Part shown: positions 12,701 through 20,789 of the stretch, in pieces | Position numbering within the stretch: position 1 is the stretch's first letter | Layout of the letters: the number at the start of each line of letters is the position of its first letter | NCBI GenBank assembly: GCA_947652855.1 | Contig: CANTEO010000001.1 | Span: forward strand, 63,742-127,741 | Reading direction: 5' to 3' | Length of the DNA stretch: 64,000 bases | From: an uncultured Roseburia sp. | Lineage (GTDB): Bacteria; Bacillota; Clostridia; Lachnospirales; Lachnospiraceae | Made by a program: the position numbers and the translations under genes | Notes under the pieces: generated by a model | What the model was told of the DNA's origin: nothing | The model's input: only the letters and a program-made list of their open reading frames with translations | Database searches by the model: none

Positions 12701-13792
12701 ACGAAGGCGAAGGAGACTGCGGAGAAGAATGTAGCTGCAGACAAAGAAGCGCTGACGTTACCAGAAATTGGTACAAATGATACGCTCTCACTTCCGACTC
12801 AAGGCGCAAACGGCAGTAAAATCACATGGGTTTCCGACAGTGATGCGATCAAAGTGGAAGGCGGCGTGGCGACAATCATACGTGGCGACGCAGAGCAGAC
12901 AGTGACGCTGAAGGCGACCATCACATTTGGAGAAGGCAAAGACGCGGTGAGCGTGACGAAAGAATTTACCGTCAAGATTCCGGCAAAGGGCGCAGGCTCC
13001 GTGAGTCCGACAGATCCAGAGACAGAAGCTGAAAAGGCGAACGTGCAGAAAGAGCTGGATGCAATGAAGGCGATCATTGACGCGGGGAATGCAAACGGCC
13101 TTTACCCGGCAGCTGCATGGACTGCATTTGTGAATGCGTACAATGAGCTGAAAGCGGAATACGATAAGGGCAATTTGAGCGTGGAAGCGCTGAAGGCGCT
13201 GACTCAGAAGCTGATGGAGGCTCAGAAGAACTTGAAGGCAAGCGCGGAGAAGAAAGTGACTGGCATCCGATTTGCGCAGAAGAAGTACCAGATTGCGAAG
13301 GGCAAAAAGATTGACTTGAAGAAGGAAGTTACCATTGTCCCGGCAGACGCTACAAACAAGAGCCTGACTTATACATTGGATAAAAAGTCGGCAAAATACG
13401 CGACGCTTAAGAATGGCATAGTCACAACCAAGAAATCCGGCGCGGGCAAGACGGTCAAAGTGACGGTTACGTCAGCAGACGGCAGCGTGAGGCAGACGGT
13501 CAGCATTCAGATCATGAAGAACGCGGTCACAAAGGTGACGGTGAAAGGCAAAAAGAAAGTGACAGTGAAAGCCGGGAAGAGCTACACAGTCAAAACGGCG
13601 GTGAAGACAAACGGCAAGAAGGCCAACAAGAAGCTGAAATGGACGTCTTCAAATGAGAAGTTTGCGACAGTGAACGCGAAGGGGAAAGTGAGAACGAAGA
13701 AGGCCGGCGCGGGCAAGACGGTGAAGATCACGGCAGTCTCAACGGACGGCACGAATAAGAAAGTGCAGGTGACAATTAAGATTAAGAAGTAA
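3788..13792 (+). CDS. Giant secreted surface protein (~3334 aa): 5 LamG/ConA-like + Ig-like modules, F5/8-type C (CBM32-like) domain, 6 InlB-B (Listeria-Bacteroides) repeats, FIVAR-like helices, C-terminal Lys-rich Big_2-like domains
   Basis: AAGGAG RBS and signal peptide (MKWKKILSGVLACALAFGS); repeated KGDxQY...WHDVxAVxD...GYLADVxFY units; NVALGK...AVDGNEDT..WISIDL; six F.GWY.D...TLYAKW repeats; LKWTSSNEKFATVNAKGKV. Confidence 0.85.
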   Translation: MKWKKILSGVLACALAFGSVVSVAPAPAAATEIPAETDGAEGTEAGVMPLAEDGVAAAADPVTVNTAPAGLVYTAPEEERAPKNVEWGGAESRIALTDIADSPVTMEFKDENGTLDVRNIDGVWGFNGQLKSNSATDKFDVYDTENSDTSENPIVISFKIYLKKFEPQRTVLGKGDKQYAIQTTGNGLEWYAGEDWNTVYYRGFTADSLNQWHDVLAVIDSKGRHRIFVDQGTSDEWGNAGSSVKITQREEPFTLGYQIDGTTARRDFTKDIGYLADVKFYGANDLAEGHALKQIDLEALDAQEDKGLSEIQSKLRSVTPNVDFSLDAPYDVETVWRAGDQAMAAGDVFRCGFSHKVTTTFTAKEGYAFATDDTFKNAVKAAVTTGKDNVEATVTSTDGKTMTVEVDYGTLSCKYDAVGIRLEGAGGSVLGQNVFLPLGATKEVSPSIMLEGDRSPDDHTVKYAGVTYEYAVEVGKDAILSAEGRDGKCLLTAKAAGTAKVTVTAKASGNVLFTRNVAVTVGEGTAIAAPGVTLTKPADGAFPTDAEVAAPTGMTLEDRAEDPVALVGKDAETALDIKRFDGRWAFNTQQRTASTDDKFNVTGKEPMVISLKVYLKNIVHHSTLVAKGDRQYMLELVDGGFNICVYDTNWRNNNCTGFTAENESEWKNQWHDVVAVIDKNGKTCIFVDDKASGVNATDGITSNTDMTNQQFAIGWNTEKANEAARVFTTDNGYLADVRFYRGDSLKGIDLTALRSLEDKGLSMIQKTLSSINPTADFSLNPPYETAKTVWSSGEKVMKATDKFKCGNTAYTATTTFTANEGFKFTDDEAFKTAMRDAVETGDDAATVEVDVLDEGTMTVTVTYPSVSCQYNVADIVMESEDDIVLSLGDTATVKKPTGIVLSGNHPLSSHKWYDNVSYEFGLEQGGSDVIGITTAENGDCTITPKKNGEAKVLVMAKVAGETAFTKRLSVQIGDKEIESAPLIAFTAPREGNSPVKTDTKIEDQAKNPVRMKVKDGVSAEIRKFDGIWGFNGQWLSTDASDRLNISGNNPLVISFKVYLKQLASGAQRAIVTKGDNQYAIQVQSDGIEFCVFDETWRAIKYNLSAANESEWKNKWNDVVAVLDASGKTRLFVNGKASSNMGTCTSLASSDVPFAIGFHGSVSGREFTSEFGYLADFKFYGASDLAEGSALRQINLATLDASEDKGLAQIKSTLEGVDPTVDYFIHSSYEEEMTWSAGTEEMTAEEQFACGDTSYKAVMTLTAKNGFKFPTTAAFQALALSKVRTGVDDVTPTVAISADGSTMTVTASYPAIACDNEIAGIEFEEDSISLVQGEDGAIRPISAILSDGRDAAEHPGFGKITYTYAVKEGCESFIEVDRSTGVITAKAEGADLAVVVTASAAGHTPYTKEISVTVLAGNELITEAPAVTLPEPEDGCLPTYAKAQGHNGIALKDRAKAPVELVKVDESSSMDIWNRNGRWGFMDQLKSTATDDKFNVTGKTPIAISFKIFMKNLEHQRSIVSKGDQQYWIEMFNYSGSRGFSFCIYDGGWKCANYISDEFSPARESEWKNRWHDVVAVMDANGKIRLYVDGKPSNKAETRGITTNEASIAREFAIGYNTEKPERIFRAENGYLADVRFYQGDRLATIDLDALDASADKGYASILAKLATVEPTADFALQPKYEVKTEWADAEGNALTESDVLECGTAYTAKVTYAANGGYAFPTENNASFKAAVAAGLHAEKAEVTAGDVVVSENGKTVTVTVSYPPLSCGSILDLKMEKSFLALATGAAKPLLAPTKIILSGGRDEADHKGLNGISYQYGVAKGGEEIIGVEKSESGCIVNALKAGDANVIVSVISKRGETLYRKAIPVKVMDRVKLKGVSLGYQMPQAGNYPLPASVKSAEGYDFIADWTDDAAELKHLGEGQAEIGVQDGVRYFNDALATESGNDKFDVVGEDPLAISLKLFLKELPSSEDEQTILRKGSQYVFVVKKEGNQTKLIFYMNSAIGTDLWPQAEYNLDEGFLNKWHDILIVVDGKGEQASMGFSVDGAPFTLNEREGRLAKLKHFDDPFAIGCNGAQTPGGRFTLGYLADIAFYSGAGEAMTAEQKESLHLSALEESEEGNAAAFIRNMLETVEPTAMISMAPYDVKTVWSKMDGTLLGAGEQFNGKDVYVAKTTLTAHELAAFHQDCTATIVTGAEGNSEIAASQKATVAEDGKTMVITVTYAKAAETPEVAYDAPVEGVTPTEPAITPSDPDKASFSAETVWKKDGVEMKETEQFGNPEKNLYTVETVFTAKSGYLFRSDEAFIADVRGNVKTGLNEGDAAIDILVSKDKKTMTVKVSYPTNVALGKAAETSSGADGKDAVDGNEDTVCSITGDAKWISIDLKAQTTLAKSMKLKFADGQQAADYRVETSADKEEWTEVCKKSDATSEGSVDSIAVAALASLKRYVRVSFTSEGAVGVQEIEIVGIQTGVIYKATFDKGDGSEAVTQDIVAGKTVERPKDPTRNGYAFKYWYVDVESEPYDFDTVVTGDITLHAKWVKTWTVSFDTNGGAPEISAKTVEEGSTAEKPVDPKKADVVFGGWFEDNGTFQNAYAFDTKVTKDITLYAKWQAMVRFMRNDGSEEDVMLDEQKIDLGTAPKKPADPTGKEGFEFVGWFMDAEGTGSAFNFETGKVEKNTTLYAKWAKKKYTVTFETNGGTKVDPKKVEHGMTVDEPETTRDGFIFKGWYTDEKLQNEYNFEAKVTKDLTLYARWISEDDICTVTFHTNEEGVTAESQEVEKGQLVKRPTVNGTKEHYQIEGWYKDEACTMKFDFAKDTVEGNLDLYAKWEKKTYRVTFNTNVPDLTAEPQNVLALEHISAPELTRDGYTLVGWYKDEACTESEKFDFEKDVVESSMTLYAKWEKDEKPTVDKTALNKAIEDAEKLVAEDYTAGTWSALQTALQAAKTAAESDTVDQAAVNQAKADLDQAMKNLKTKAKETAEKNVAADKEALTLPEIGTNDTLSLPTQGANGSKITWVSDSDAIKVEGGVATIIRGDAEQTVTLKATITFGEGKDAVSVTKEFTVKIPAKGAGSVSPTDPETEAEKANVQKELDAMKAIIDAGNANGLYPAAAWTAFVNAYNELKAEYDKGNLSVEALKALTQKLMEAQKNLKASAEKKVTGIRFAQKKYQIAKGKKIDLKKEVTIVPADATNKSLTYTLDKKSAKYATLKNGIVTTKKSGAGKTVKVTVTSADGSVRQTVSIQIMKNAVTKVTVKGKKKVTVKAGKSYTVKTAVKTNGKKANKKLKWTSSNEKFATVNAKGKVRTKKAGAGKTVKITAVSTDGTNKKVQVTIKIKK
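4047..4055 (+). repeat. G9 homopolymer near codon 87 of the giant surface protein
   Basis: GAGT-GGGGGGGGG-CAGAA read directly. Confidence 0.9.
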
Positions 13793-13855
13793 TAGGCTTT
13801 GATTTTTAAGTAGGCCGGCACGTTGCGCGCGTTAAGCGTTTCGCGTGGCATGATT

Positions 13856-13895
13856 CGCCCCGGGATACAGGAAACCGTATTCCGGGGCGTTTTGT
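13856..13895 (+). terminator. Rho-independent terminator
   Basis: CGCCCCGGGATAC / GTATTCCGGGGCG stem (one G-U pair) then TTTTG. Confidence 0.75.
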
Positions 13896-13976
13896 GTAGA
13901 TCATTCCATCAGAATCCCTGGAATCGGGAAACAGGGAGGCGCTATATGATAATCAGAGAGGGAAAGGGGCATTACG

Positions 13977-14276
13977 ATGGCAAACATGGTTTCAGAGGAG
14001 ACAATTGAATATGTAGGGATTTTAGCGAAGCTTTCCCTTTCAAAGGAGGAGGCGGGGCGCGCCAGGAAGGATATGGAAGAAATGCTTGCTTATATCGACA
14101 AGCTAAATGAACTGGACACGTCGGGCGTTGAGCCGCTGTCCCATGTGCTTACGTCGGGCAATGTGTTTCGGGAAGACGTTGTCTGCAATGGGGACGGCAG
14201 CGCCGCGGCGCTGGCAAACGCGCCGCAGCGGAAGGGGCAGGGCTTTTTGGCGCCAAGGACGATTGACATGGAATAG
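13977..14276 (+). CDS. gatC: Asp/Glu-tRNA amidotransferase subunit C
   Basis: LAKLSL...KLNELDTSGVEPLSH...NVFRED...LANAP; first gene of gatCAB. Confidence 0.93.
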   Translation: MANMVSEETIEYVGILAKLSLSKEEAGRARKDMEEMLAYIDKLNELDTSGVEPLSHVLTSGNVFREDVVCNGDGSAAALANAPQRKGQGFLAPRTIDME

Positions 14277-14289
14277 GGGGGGATTTGTG

Positions 14290-15795
14290 ATGGGCCTTAT
14301 GGAATTGACAGCCGTGGAGCTTAGCAGGAAAATAAAGGAACGGGAAACGTCGGCGCCTGAGGCGGTGAGGGAGGCGCTTGACGCCATACAGGAAAAGGAC
14401 GGCAGGATTGGAGCCTTTGTGACGGTGGACAGGGAGCGCGCCTTAGAGGAGGCGGAGCAGGCGCAGAGGCGGATTGAGGCGGGCATGGCTTGCGGCCCCC
14501 TTGCCGGGGCGCCGATTGCCGTCAAAGACAATATCTGCACAGAAGGGATGCGCACAGCCTGCGGCTCAAGGATGCTTTCTGATTTTATCCCGTCCTATTC
14601 GGCCCAGGCGGTGAAAAACCTGAAAGCGGCCGGCGCGATACTCATTGGAAAGACCAATATGGATGAATTTGCCATGGGCAGCACGACGGAAACCTCCTAT
14701 TTTGGGGCGACGAAAAATCCATGGGACGAAAAGCGCGTGCCGGGCGGCTCCTCGGGCGGCTCCTGCGCCGCAGTGGCTGCTGAGGAATGTCCCTGCGCCC
14801 TGGGCTCGGATACGGGCGGCTCCATCCGTCAGCCAAGCTCTTTTTGCGGCGTGACGGGGGTGAAGCCGACGTATGGCACGGTTTCCAGGTATGGCTTGGT
14901 TGCGTATGGCTCATCGTTGGAGCAGATTGGGCCGATTGCGAAGGACGTGACGGACTGCGCCGCGATTTTGGAGACGATTTCCTCATATGACGAAAAGGAC
15001 GCGACATCAATCCGAAGGCAGGATTTGGATTTTACGGCGGCGCTTGTGGACGACGTGAAGGGGCTGAAGATCGGGATCCCAAAGAATTATTTTGGCGAGG
15101 GCGCAGACTTGGATGTGGCGGAGGCCGTTCTTGCTGCGGCGAAGAAGCTGGAAGGCAAAGGGGCGGTGTTAAAGGAATTTGACATAAGCCTGACGGAGTA
15201 CGCCGTGCCTGCGTATTATGTGATTGCCTGCGCGGAGGCCAGCTCGAACCTGGCGCGTTTTGACGGCGTGAAGTACGGCTATCGCGCCAGGCAGTATGAG
15301 GGGCTTCATGATATGTATAAGAAAAGCCGTTCGGAAGGCTTTGGGGCAGAAGTGAAGCGGAGGATCCTGCTTGGCTCCTTTGCGCTAAGCTCCGGGCATT
15401 ACGACGCTTATTATTTAAAGGCTCTGCGCGTAAAGGCCCTAATCAGGCAGGAGCTTGACGCGGCGTTTGCCGACTATGACGTGATCCTTAGCCCGGCCGC
15501 GCCCAGGACGGCCCCAAAGCTTGGCGAAAGCTTAAACGACCCGCTGAAAATGTATCTGGGGGACGTGTATACCGTTTCCGCGAACCTTGCGGGCCTGCCT
15601 GCGATTTGCCTGCCCTGCGGCTTAGGCCAAAACGGGATGCCCATTGGCCTGCAGCTGATGGGGGATTGCTTTCAGGAGAAGAAGATCCTGCGCGCCGCCT
15701 ATGCGTATGAGAAGACGAGGCCATATTTGAAAAGCCCGTCCGCCTGGGACGAATTAGGATCAGGAAGGAGCCGATACGATGAGCAAAGAATTTGA
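14290..15795 (+). CDS. gatA: Asp/Glu-tRNA amidotransferase subunit A
   Basis: Amidase signature: KDNI, GKTNMDEFAMGS, PGGSSGGS, GSDTGGSIRQP, SSNLARFDG. Confidence 0.96.
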   Translation: MGLMELTAVELSRKIKERETSAPEAVREALDAIQEKDGRIGAFVTVDRERALEEAEQAQRRIEAGMACGPLAGAPIAVKDNICTEGMRTACGSRMLSDFIPSYSAQAVKNLKAAGAILIGKTNMDEFAMGSTTETSYFGATKNPWDEKRVPGGSSGGSCAAVAAEECPCALGSDTGGSIRQPSSFCGVTGVKPTYGTVSRYGLVAYGSSLEQIGPIAKDVTDCAAILETISSYDEKDATSIRRQDLDFTAALVDDVKGLKIGIPKNYFGEGADLDVAEAVLAAAKKLEGKGAVLKEFDISLTEYAVPAYYVIACAEASSNLARFDGVKYGYRARQYEGLHDMYKKSRSEGFGAEVKRRILLGSFALSSGHYDAYYLKALRVKALIRQELDAAFADYDVILSPAAPRTAPKLGESLNDPLKMYLGDVYTVSANLAGLPAICLPCGLGQNGMPIGLQLMGDCFQEKKILRAAYAYEKTRPYLKSPSAWDELGSGRSRYDEQRI

Positions 15796-17218
15796 AACCG
15801 TCATAGGGCTTGAGGTTCATGTGGAGCTTGCGACGAAGACGAAGATTTTCTGCGGCTGCACCACCGCATTTGGAGGGGCGCCGAACGCGCATACCTGCCC
15901 GGTCTGCACCGGGATGCCCGGCTCCCTGCCTGTTTTAAACCGCCAGGCAGTGGAATATGCCGTCGCCGTCGGGCTTGCCGCGGGCTGTGAAATTACAAAG
16001 GACTGTAAATTTGACCGGAAGAATTATTTTTACCCGGATAATCCGCAAAATTACCAAATCTCGCAGCTTTACCTTCCGGTCTGCAAAAACGGAAGCGTGG
16101 AGATCGAGACGGAGGCGGGCGGCAGAAAGCGCATTGGCATCCATGAAATCCATATGGAGGAGGATGCCGGAAAGCTGGTGCATGAGGAATTGGGAAACAG
16201 CTCTATCATCGACTTTAACCGTTCCGGCGTCCCTTTGATTGAGATTGTGTCTAAGCCGGATATGCGGTCAGCGAAAGAGGCGATTGCCTTTTTGGAGAAG
16301 CTGCGGCTTTTGATTCAGTATTTGGGCGCGTCGGACTGTAAGCTGCAGGAAGGCTCCATGCGCGCGGATGTGAATTTGTCGGTGCGGGAAGCGGGCCAAA
16401 CGGAATTTGGGACGCGGACGGAGATGAAGAACTTAAATTCTTTCAAGGCGATTGCGCGCGCGGCGGAGCATGAGCGGAACAGGCAGATTGACCTCATATT
16501 GTCCGGCCAGCCGGTCGTGCAGGAGACAAGGCGGTGGGATGACGCGAAAGGAAACTCTTATTCGATGCGTTCGAAAGAAGACGCGAAGGATTACCGCTAT
16601 TTTCCGGATCCCGACCTTCCCCCTGTGCATATTTCCGACGCATGGATTGCGGACATTCGAAAGCGTCAGCCGGAGTTTCGCGAGGAGAAGGTCAGGCGGT
16701 TTCAGGAAGAATACGGCCTTCCGCTATATGACGCAAAGGTTTTGACGGAAACCAGGGAGCTGGCGGACTTTTTTGAGGAGACGGCCAAGATCAGCGGAAA
16801 GCCGAAAAAAGCGTCGAACTGGGTTATGGGAGAGACAATGCGCCTTTTGAGGGAGAGCGGCAGGGAGCCGGGGCGCATCGGCCTCTCTCCGGGGCGTCTG
16901 GCGAAGATGATTGACTTAATCGACGACGGCGCGGTCAATGGCGCGGTCGCGAAAGAGGTGTTTGCGGTGATGTTTGAAGAGGACGTTGACCCGGGGGAGT
17001 ATGTCAGGGAGCATGGATTAGCCGTGATCGGGGATGCGGATGTGCTTCGGGAGACGGTCATGCGGGCGCTGGAGGGCAACCCGAAAGCTGTGGAGGACTA
17101 TAGGAACGGAAAGAAAAAGGCCATGGGGTTCTTGGTCGGCCAGACGATGAAGGAGCTAAAGGGCAAGGCCGATCCTGGGATGGTGAATGAGATCTTAAGG
17201 GAATTGCTGTCGGAATAG
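15779..17218 (+). CDS. gatB: Asp/Glu-tRNA amidotransferase subunit B
   Basis: VIGLEVHVEL, FDRKNYFYPD, HMEEDAGK, RSKEDAKDYRYFPDPDL. Confidence 0.97.
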   Translation: MSKEFETVIGLEVHVELATKTKIFCGCTTAFGGAPNAHTCPVCTGMPGSLPVLNRQAVEYAVAVGLAAGCEITKDCKFDRKNYFYPDNPQNYQISQLYLPVCKNGSVEIETEAGGRKRIGIHEIHMEEDAGKLVHEELGNSSIIDFNRSGVPLIEIVSKPDMRSAKEAIAFLEKLRLLIQYLGASDCKLQEGSMRADVNLSVREAGQTEFGTRTEMKNLNSFKAIARAAEHERNRQIDLILSGQPVVQETRRWDDAKGNSYSMRSKEDAKDYRYFPDPDLPPVHISDAWIADIRKRQPEFREEKVRRFQEEYGLPLYDAKVLTETRELADFFEETAKISGKPKKASNWVMGETMRLLRESGREPGRIGLSPGRLAKMIDLIDDGAVNGAVAKEVFAVMFEEDVDPGEYVREHGLAVIGDADVLRETVMRALEGNPKAVEDYRNGKKKAMGFLVGQTMKELKGKADPGMVNEILRELLSE

Positions 17219-17287
17219 GCGGTGCGCGGCCCGCCCCCTTATGGCGCAATCTGGCGTGAGCGCTCTGTTTTTGTTCTTGGGCTTAGG

Positions 17288-17317
17288 TTGCGGATTTTGT
17301 GTTTTGTATGCTATAAT
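17288..17317 (+). promoter_or_regulatory. Sigma-70-type promoter with extended -10, upstream of clpX
   Basis: TTGCGG - 18 bp - TATAAT, with TGn immediately before the -10 (TGcTATAAT). Confidence 0.55.
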
Positions 17318-17371
17318 GGACAAAACGAAGCGCGATAAGAAATTCTGATGTGAATAAGGAGAAGCGAAGCG

Positions 17372-18835
17372 ATGCCGAATATGGATTTTTATGAAGTGGA
17401 CCCCTTGGATGAGCCGTCTGTGGACAGCCCCAAAGAGGAAGGCGGGGGCGACAAGCAGGAGAAAGAGGATTATGAGCAGATTTGCTATCTCTGCAAGCGG
17501 ACAGAGAGCGTGGCCGGGAAGCTGATACGGATGCCGCAGAACATCTGCATTTGCCAGGACTGTATGCAAAAGACGTTTGACGCGATGAACGGCTCAGGGT
17601 TTCCTATGGGGGACATGATGGGTAATATGCCAAATATGCCCAATATCAGCATGATCAACCTGGGAGATATGCAGGGCTTCTCCCCGTTTCGGCAAAGGGT
17701 GAAGAAAAAGAAGGAAAAGAAAAAGGACGCCCCTGCGATTGACATCCATGCGATTCCCGCGCCCCATAAGCTTAAGGCGAGCCTGGATGAATATATTGTG
17801 GGGCAGGAGCATGCCAAAAAAGTGATGTCAGTGGCGGTTTATAATCATTTCAAGCGCATTACGTCAGACATGGCGGACGGGGTGGAGATTGAAAAGTCCA
17901 ATATGCTGATGGTCGGCCCGACCGGCTCTGGCAAGACGTATATGGTGAAGACCCTGGCGAAGCTTTTAGACGTGCCGCTTGCGATTACGGACGCCACTTC
18001 CCTGACAGAAGCCGGGTATATCGGGGACGACATTGAGAGCGTCGTTAGTAAGCTGCTTGCTGCGGCGGACAACGACGTGGAGCGGGCTGAGCAGGGTATT
18101 ATTTTCATAGATGAGATTGACAAAATTGCCAAAAAGCGGAACGCCAACCAAAGGGACGTCAGCGGGGAGTCGGTGCAGCAGGGGATGTTAAAGCTGCTGG
18201 AGGGCGCTCAGGTGGAGGTTCCGGTGGGGGCGAGCAGCAAAAACGCAATGGTGCCGATGGCGGTGGTGAACACCCGGAACATTTTGTTTATTTGCGGCGG
18301 GGCGTTTCCGGATTTGGAGGAGATTATCAAGGAACGCTTAAATAAGGAGTCGTCTATTGGCTTTAAGGCGGATTTAAAAGACAAGTATGACAAAGAAGAG
18401 AATCTTTTGACAAAGGTGTTGGCGGAAGATGTGCGTAAGTATGGGATGATACCGGAGTTTTTGGGCCGTCTGCCTGTTTTGTTTTCTTTGGAGGCGCTGA
18501 CGGAGGAGATGCTGGTACGCGTGCTGGTAGAGCCGAAGAATGCGATTACGAAGCAATATCAGAAGCTTTTGGCGATGGATGAGGTGAAGCTGGAGTTTGA
18601 GGAGGCGGCCCTGTATGCCATTGCGGCCAAGGCAAAGGAGAAAAAGGCGGGGGCAAGGGCGCTGCGGGCGATCCTGGAGGAGTTCATGCTGGATATTATG
18701 TATGAGATTCCAAAAGACGATGGGATTGGCACAGTGACGATCACGAAAGCCTATCTTGACGGGAAGGGCGCGCCATTGATTGCCATGCGCGAGTATTCAG
18801 GGCATGGGGGCGTTCCGGTGAATGCGCTCCCGTAA
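17372..18835 (+). CDS. clpX: ATP-dependent Clp protease ATP-binding subunit ClpX (divergent paralogue)
   Basis: C4 zinc finger CYLC...CQDC, Walker A GPTGSGKT, DATSLTEAGYIG, IFIDEIDKI, RDVSGESVQQ, IGF loop. Confidence 0.92.
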   Translation: MPNMDFYEVDPLDEPSVDSPKEEGGGDKQEKEDYEQICYLCKRTESVAGKLIRMPQNICICQDCMQKTFDAMNGSGFPMGDMMGNMPNMPNISMINLGDMQGFSPFRQRVKKKKEKKKDAPAIDIHAIPAPHKLKASLDEYIVGQEHAKKVMSVAVYNHFKRITSDMADGVEIEKSNMLMVGPTGSGKTYMVKTLAKLLDVPLAITDATSLTEAGYIGDDIESVVSKLLAAADNDVERAEQGIIFIDEIDKIAKKRNANQRDVSGESVQQGMLKLLEGAQVEVPVGASSKNAMVPMAVVNTRNILFICGGAFPDLEEIIKERLNKESSIGFKADLKDKYDKEENLLTKVLAEDVRKYGMIPEFLGRLPVLFSLEALTEEMLVRVLVEPKNAITKQYQKLLAMDEVKLEFEEAALYAIAAKAKEKKAGARALRAILEEFMLDIMYEIPKDDGIGTVTITKAYLDGKGAPLIAMREYSGHGGVPVNALP

Positions 18836-18895
18836 GGCATAACTGCGTCCTTACAGGAATATAGTGGTAGAAAGAAAAAACAGGCGGGAAAACAT

Positions 18896-20575
18896 TTGGG
18901 CTGTCATGACGCGGTGTATTCCAATGAATACTATGACATCATTTCTAACGATTATGAGCCAATCCCAACGCTTCAGTATGTCTGTAGGCAGAATGTGGCG
19001 GACCGTTATGCCATCTATTATCTGGATCGAAGAGCCGTTCCAGAGATGTCGGTGGGGACATATAAATACACCAGCATACCCAAGTGCTATACATTATTGG
19101 ATCAGAGCGCGCTTGAGGTCAGCGGGATTTCCAGGGTGCAGACGCAGCGGAACTTAGAGCTTGGCGGCAGGGGGATTTTGATCGGCTTTTTGGACACGGG
19201 GATTAATTTTGAGAGCCAGATTTTTCGGAATACGGACGGCAGCAGCAGGATTGTCGCTATCTGGGATCAAAGCATAGACATTGGCCCCCATCCAAAGGGG
19301 TTCATCTATGGGACAGAGTACCGAAAGCAGGAAATAGACGATGCCCTGCAGCAGCAAAACCCGACGGAGTATGTGCTGGAGAGGGATGAAATCGGGCATG
19401 GGACAAAAATGGCGGCGATTGCCGCGGGGGGCGAGGATGAAGCGAATGACTTCATCGGCGCGGCGCCTTACGCGGATATCGCCGTCGTGAAGCTAAAGCC
19501 TGCGAAGCAGTATTTGCGGGATTTCTATTACATCAAAGACGATGCCGTCGCATATCAGGAAAACGACATTCTGACGGCGATAGATTATTTGAACAGGATT
19601 GCAAAGGAACGGGAGGAGCCGCTCGTGCTTTGCTTTGGCCTCGGCACGAATCAGGGAAACCGTGACAGCAACGGAAGGCTTGCGACGTATTTGGACGATA
19701 TCGCCACTATGTACCGCAGGGCGGTCTGCATTGCGGTGGGAAGCGAGGCGAACGCGAGGCATCATTTTTATGGGAATTTGACGGCGCAGGCGTCGGAGCG
19801 GGTGGAAATCAATGTCACGGAGGATATGAGGGGGTTTATCGTAGAGCTGTGGAGCCATTCGTTTGAGCTGTTTTCCATTTCTGTCACTTCCCCGACGGGA
19901 GAGGTTTTGCCGCGCGTCGCGGTTTGGAACGGGCAGCAGCAGAGGCATCGTTTTTTGCTGGAGGGCACCAGCCTTTTGATTGATTACCAGCTTGGGGGCC
20001 TAAGGAGCAGGGAGCAGATCATTCATATGGATTTTTCCAATCCGGTCAGGGGACTTTGGATTGTGGAGGTGTTTCCGTTCCGCATCTCTGACGGGAGCTT
20101 TAATCTGTATCTGCCAATTTCAGACTTCTTGGAGGAGGAAGTTTTTTTTGTGCGCTCCAATCCTGACACGACAATCACCGTTCCGTCCAGCGCAAAATTC
20201 TCCATGGCGGTTGGAGGGTACAATGCGGTCACAGACGGCATATATGTGGATTCCGGCAGGGGCTATGCCGTAGATGGCAGCATCAAGCCGGATTTTGTCA
20301 CTCCGGCGGTCAATGTGCATACGCAGAACCAATTTGGCGTATATGACAGGATGACTGGCACAAGCGCCGCTGCGGCGATTGCGTCCGGGGCCTGCGCGCT
20401 GCTGTTTGAGTGGAACATCAATGCGATGGATAACCGTACCGTAAATTCCCTGGAGCTGCGCAATCAGATCGTCAACGGCACGCGTAAGGTGGCGAATCAG
20501 TCTTACCCGAACCGTGAGGAAGGGTATGGGCGCTTGGACGTCTATCAAAGCATTTTGAATATGAGGAATTTGTGA
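18896..20575 (+). CDS. S8 subtilisin-like serine protease, clostridial Csp (CspA/CspB-like) family
   Basis: Intact triad FLDTGI / GHGTKMA / MTGTSAAAA; IWDQS, IKPDFVTP and EGYGRLD motifs; start codon (TTG) uncertain. Confidence 0.85.
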   Translation: MGCHDAVYSNEYYDIISNDYEPIPTLQYVCRQNVADRYAIYYLDRRAVPEMSVGTYKYTSIPKCYTLLDQSALEVSGISRVQTQRNLELGGRGILIGFLDTGINFESQIFRNTDGSSRIVAIWDQSIDIGPHPKGFIYGTEYRKQEIDDALQQQNPTEYVLERDEIGHGTKMAAIAAGGEDEANDFIGAAPYADIAVVKLKPAKQYLRDFYYIKDDAVAYQENDILTAIDYLNRIAKEREEPLVLCFGLGTNQGNRDSNGRLATYLDDIATMYRRAVCIAVGSEANARHHFYGNLTAQASERVEINVTEDMRGFIVELWSHSFELFSISVTSPTGEVLPRVAVWNGQQQRHRFLLEGTSLLIDYQLGGLRSREQIIHMDFSNPVRGLWIVEVFPFRISDGSFNLYLPISDFLEEEVFFVRSNPDTTITVPSSAKFSMAVGGYNAVTDGIYVDSGRGYAVDGSIKPDFVTPAVNVHTQNQFGVYDRMTGTSAAAAIASGACALLFEWNINAMDNRTVNSLELRNQIVNGTRKVANQSYPNREEGYGRLDVYQSILNMRNL

Positions 20576-20587
20576 GGGAAATATGGT

Positions 20588-20613
20588 AAGGGGCTGCTTT
20601 GGCAGCCTCTTTT
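20588..20613 (+). terminator. Short hairpin terminator / GGGGCTG-type palindrome
   Basis: AAGGGGCTGC-TTTG-GCAGCCTCTT then TT. Confidence 0.6.
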
Positions 20614-20789
20614 AAAATGCAGCAATGCGGGGAGGCGGCTGTTGCAGGAAGGCCGCGTTTTACCGGGCATTTTCTGTTGCTCAAGGTTAAATTTGGTCGG
20701 AATAATGTTGTTTTTGCAGCGCGGGATGCTCTGTTAGATTCTTATGATAAACTTAAGAATCGCGAGACTAAAATTAAGGAGGAGCAGGA

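Noticed and set aside
14276..14282. G7 run before gatA
   Set aside because: Short, and overlaps the gatC stop and the RBS of an essential operon; unlikely to be a contingency locus.
18896..20575. CspC-like pseudoprotease
   Set aside because: Asp, His and Ser catalytic motifs are all present.
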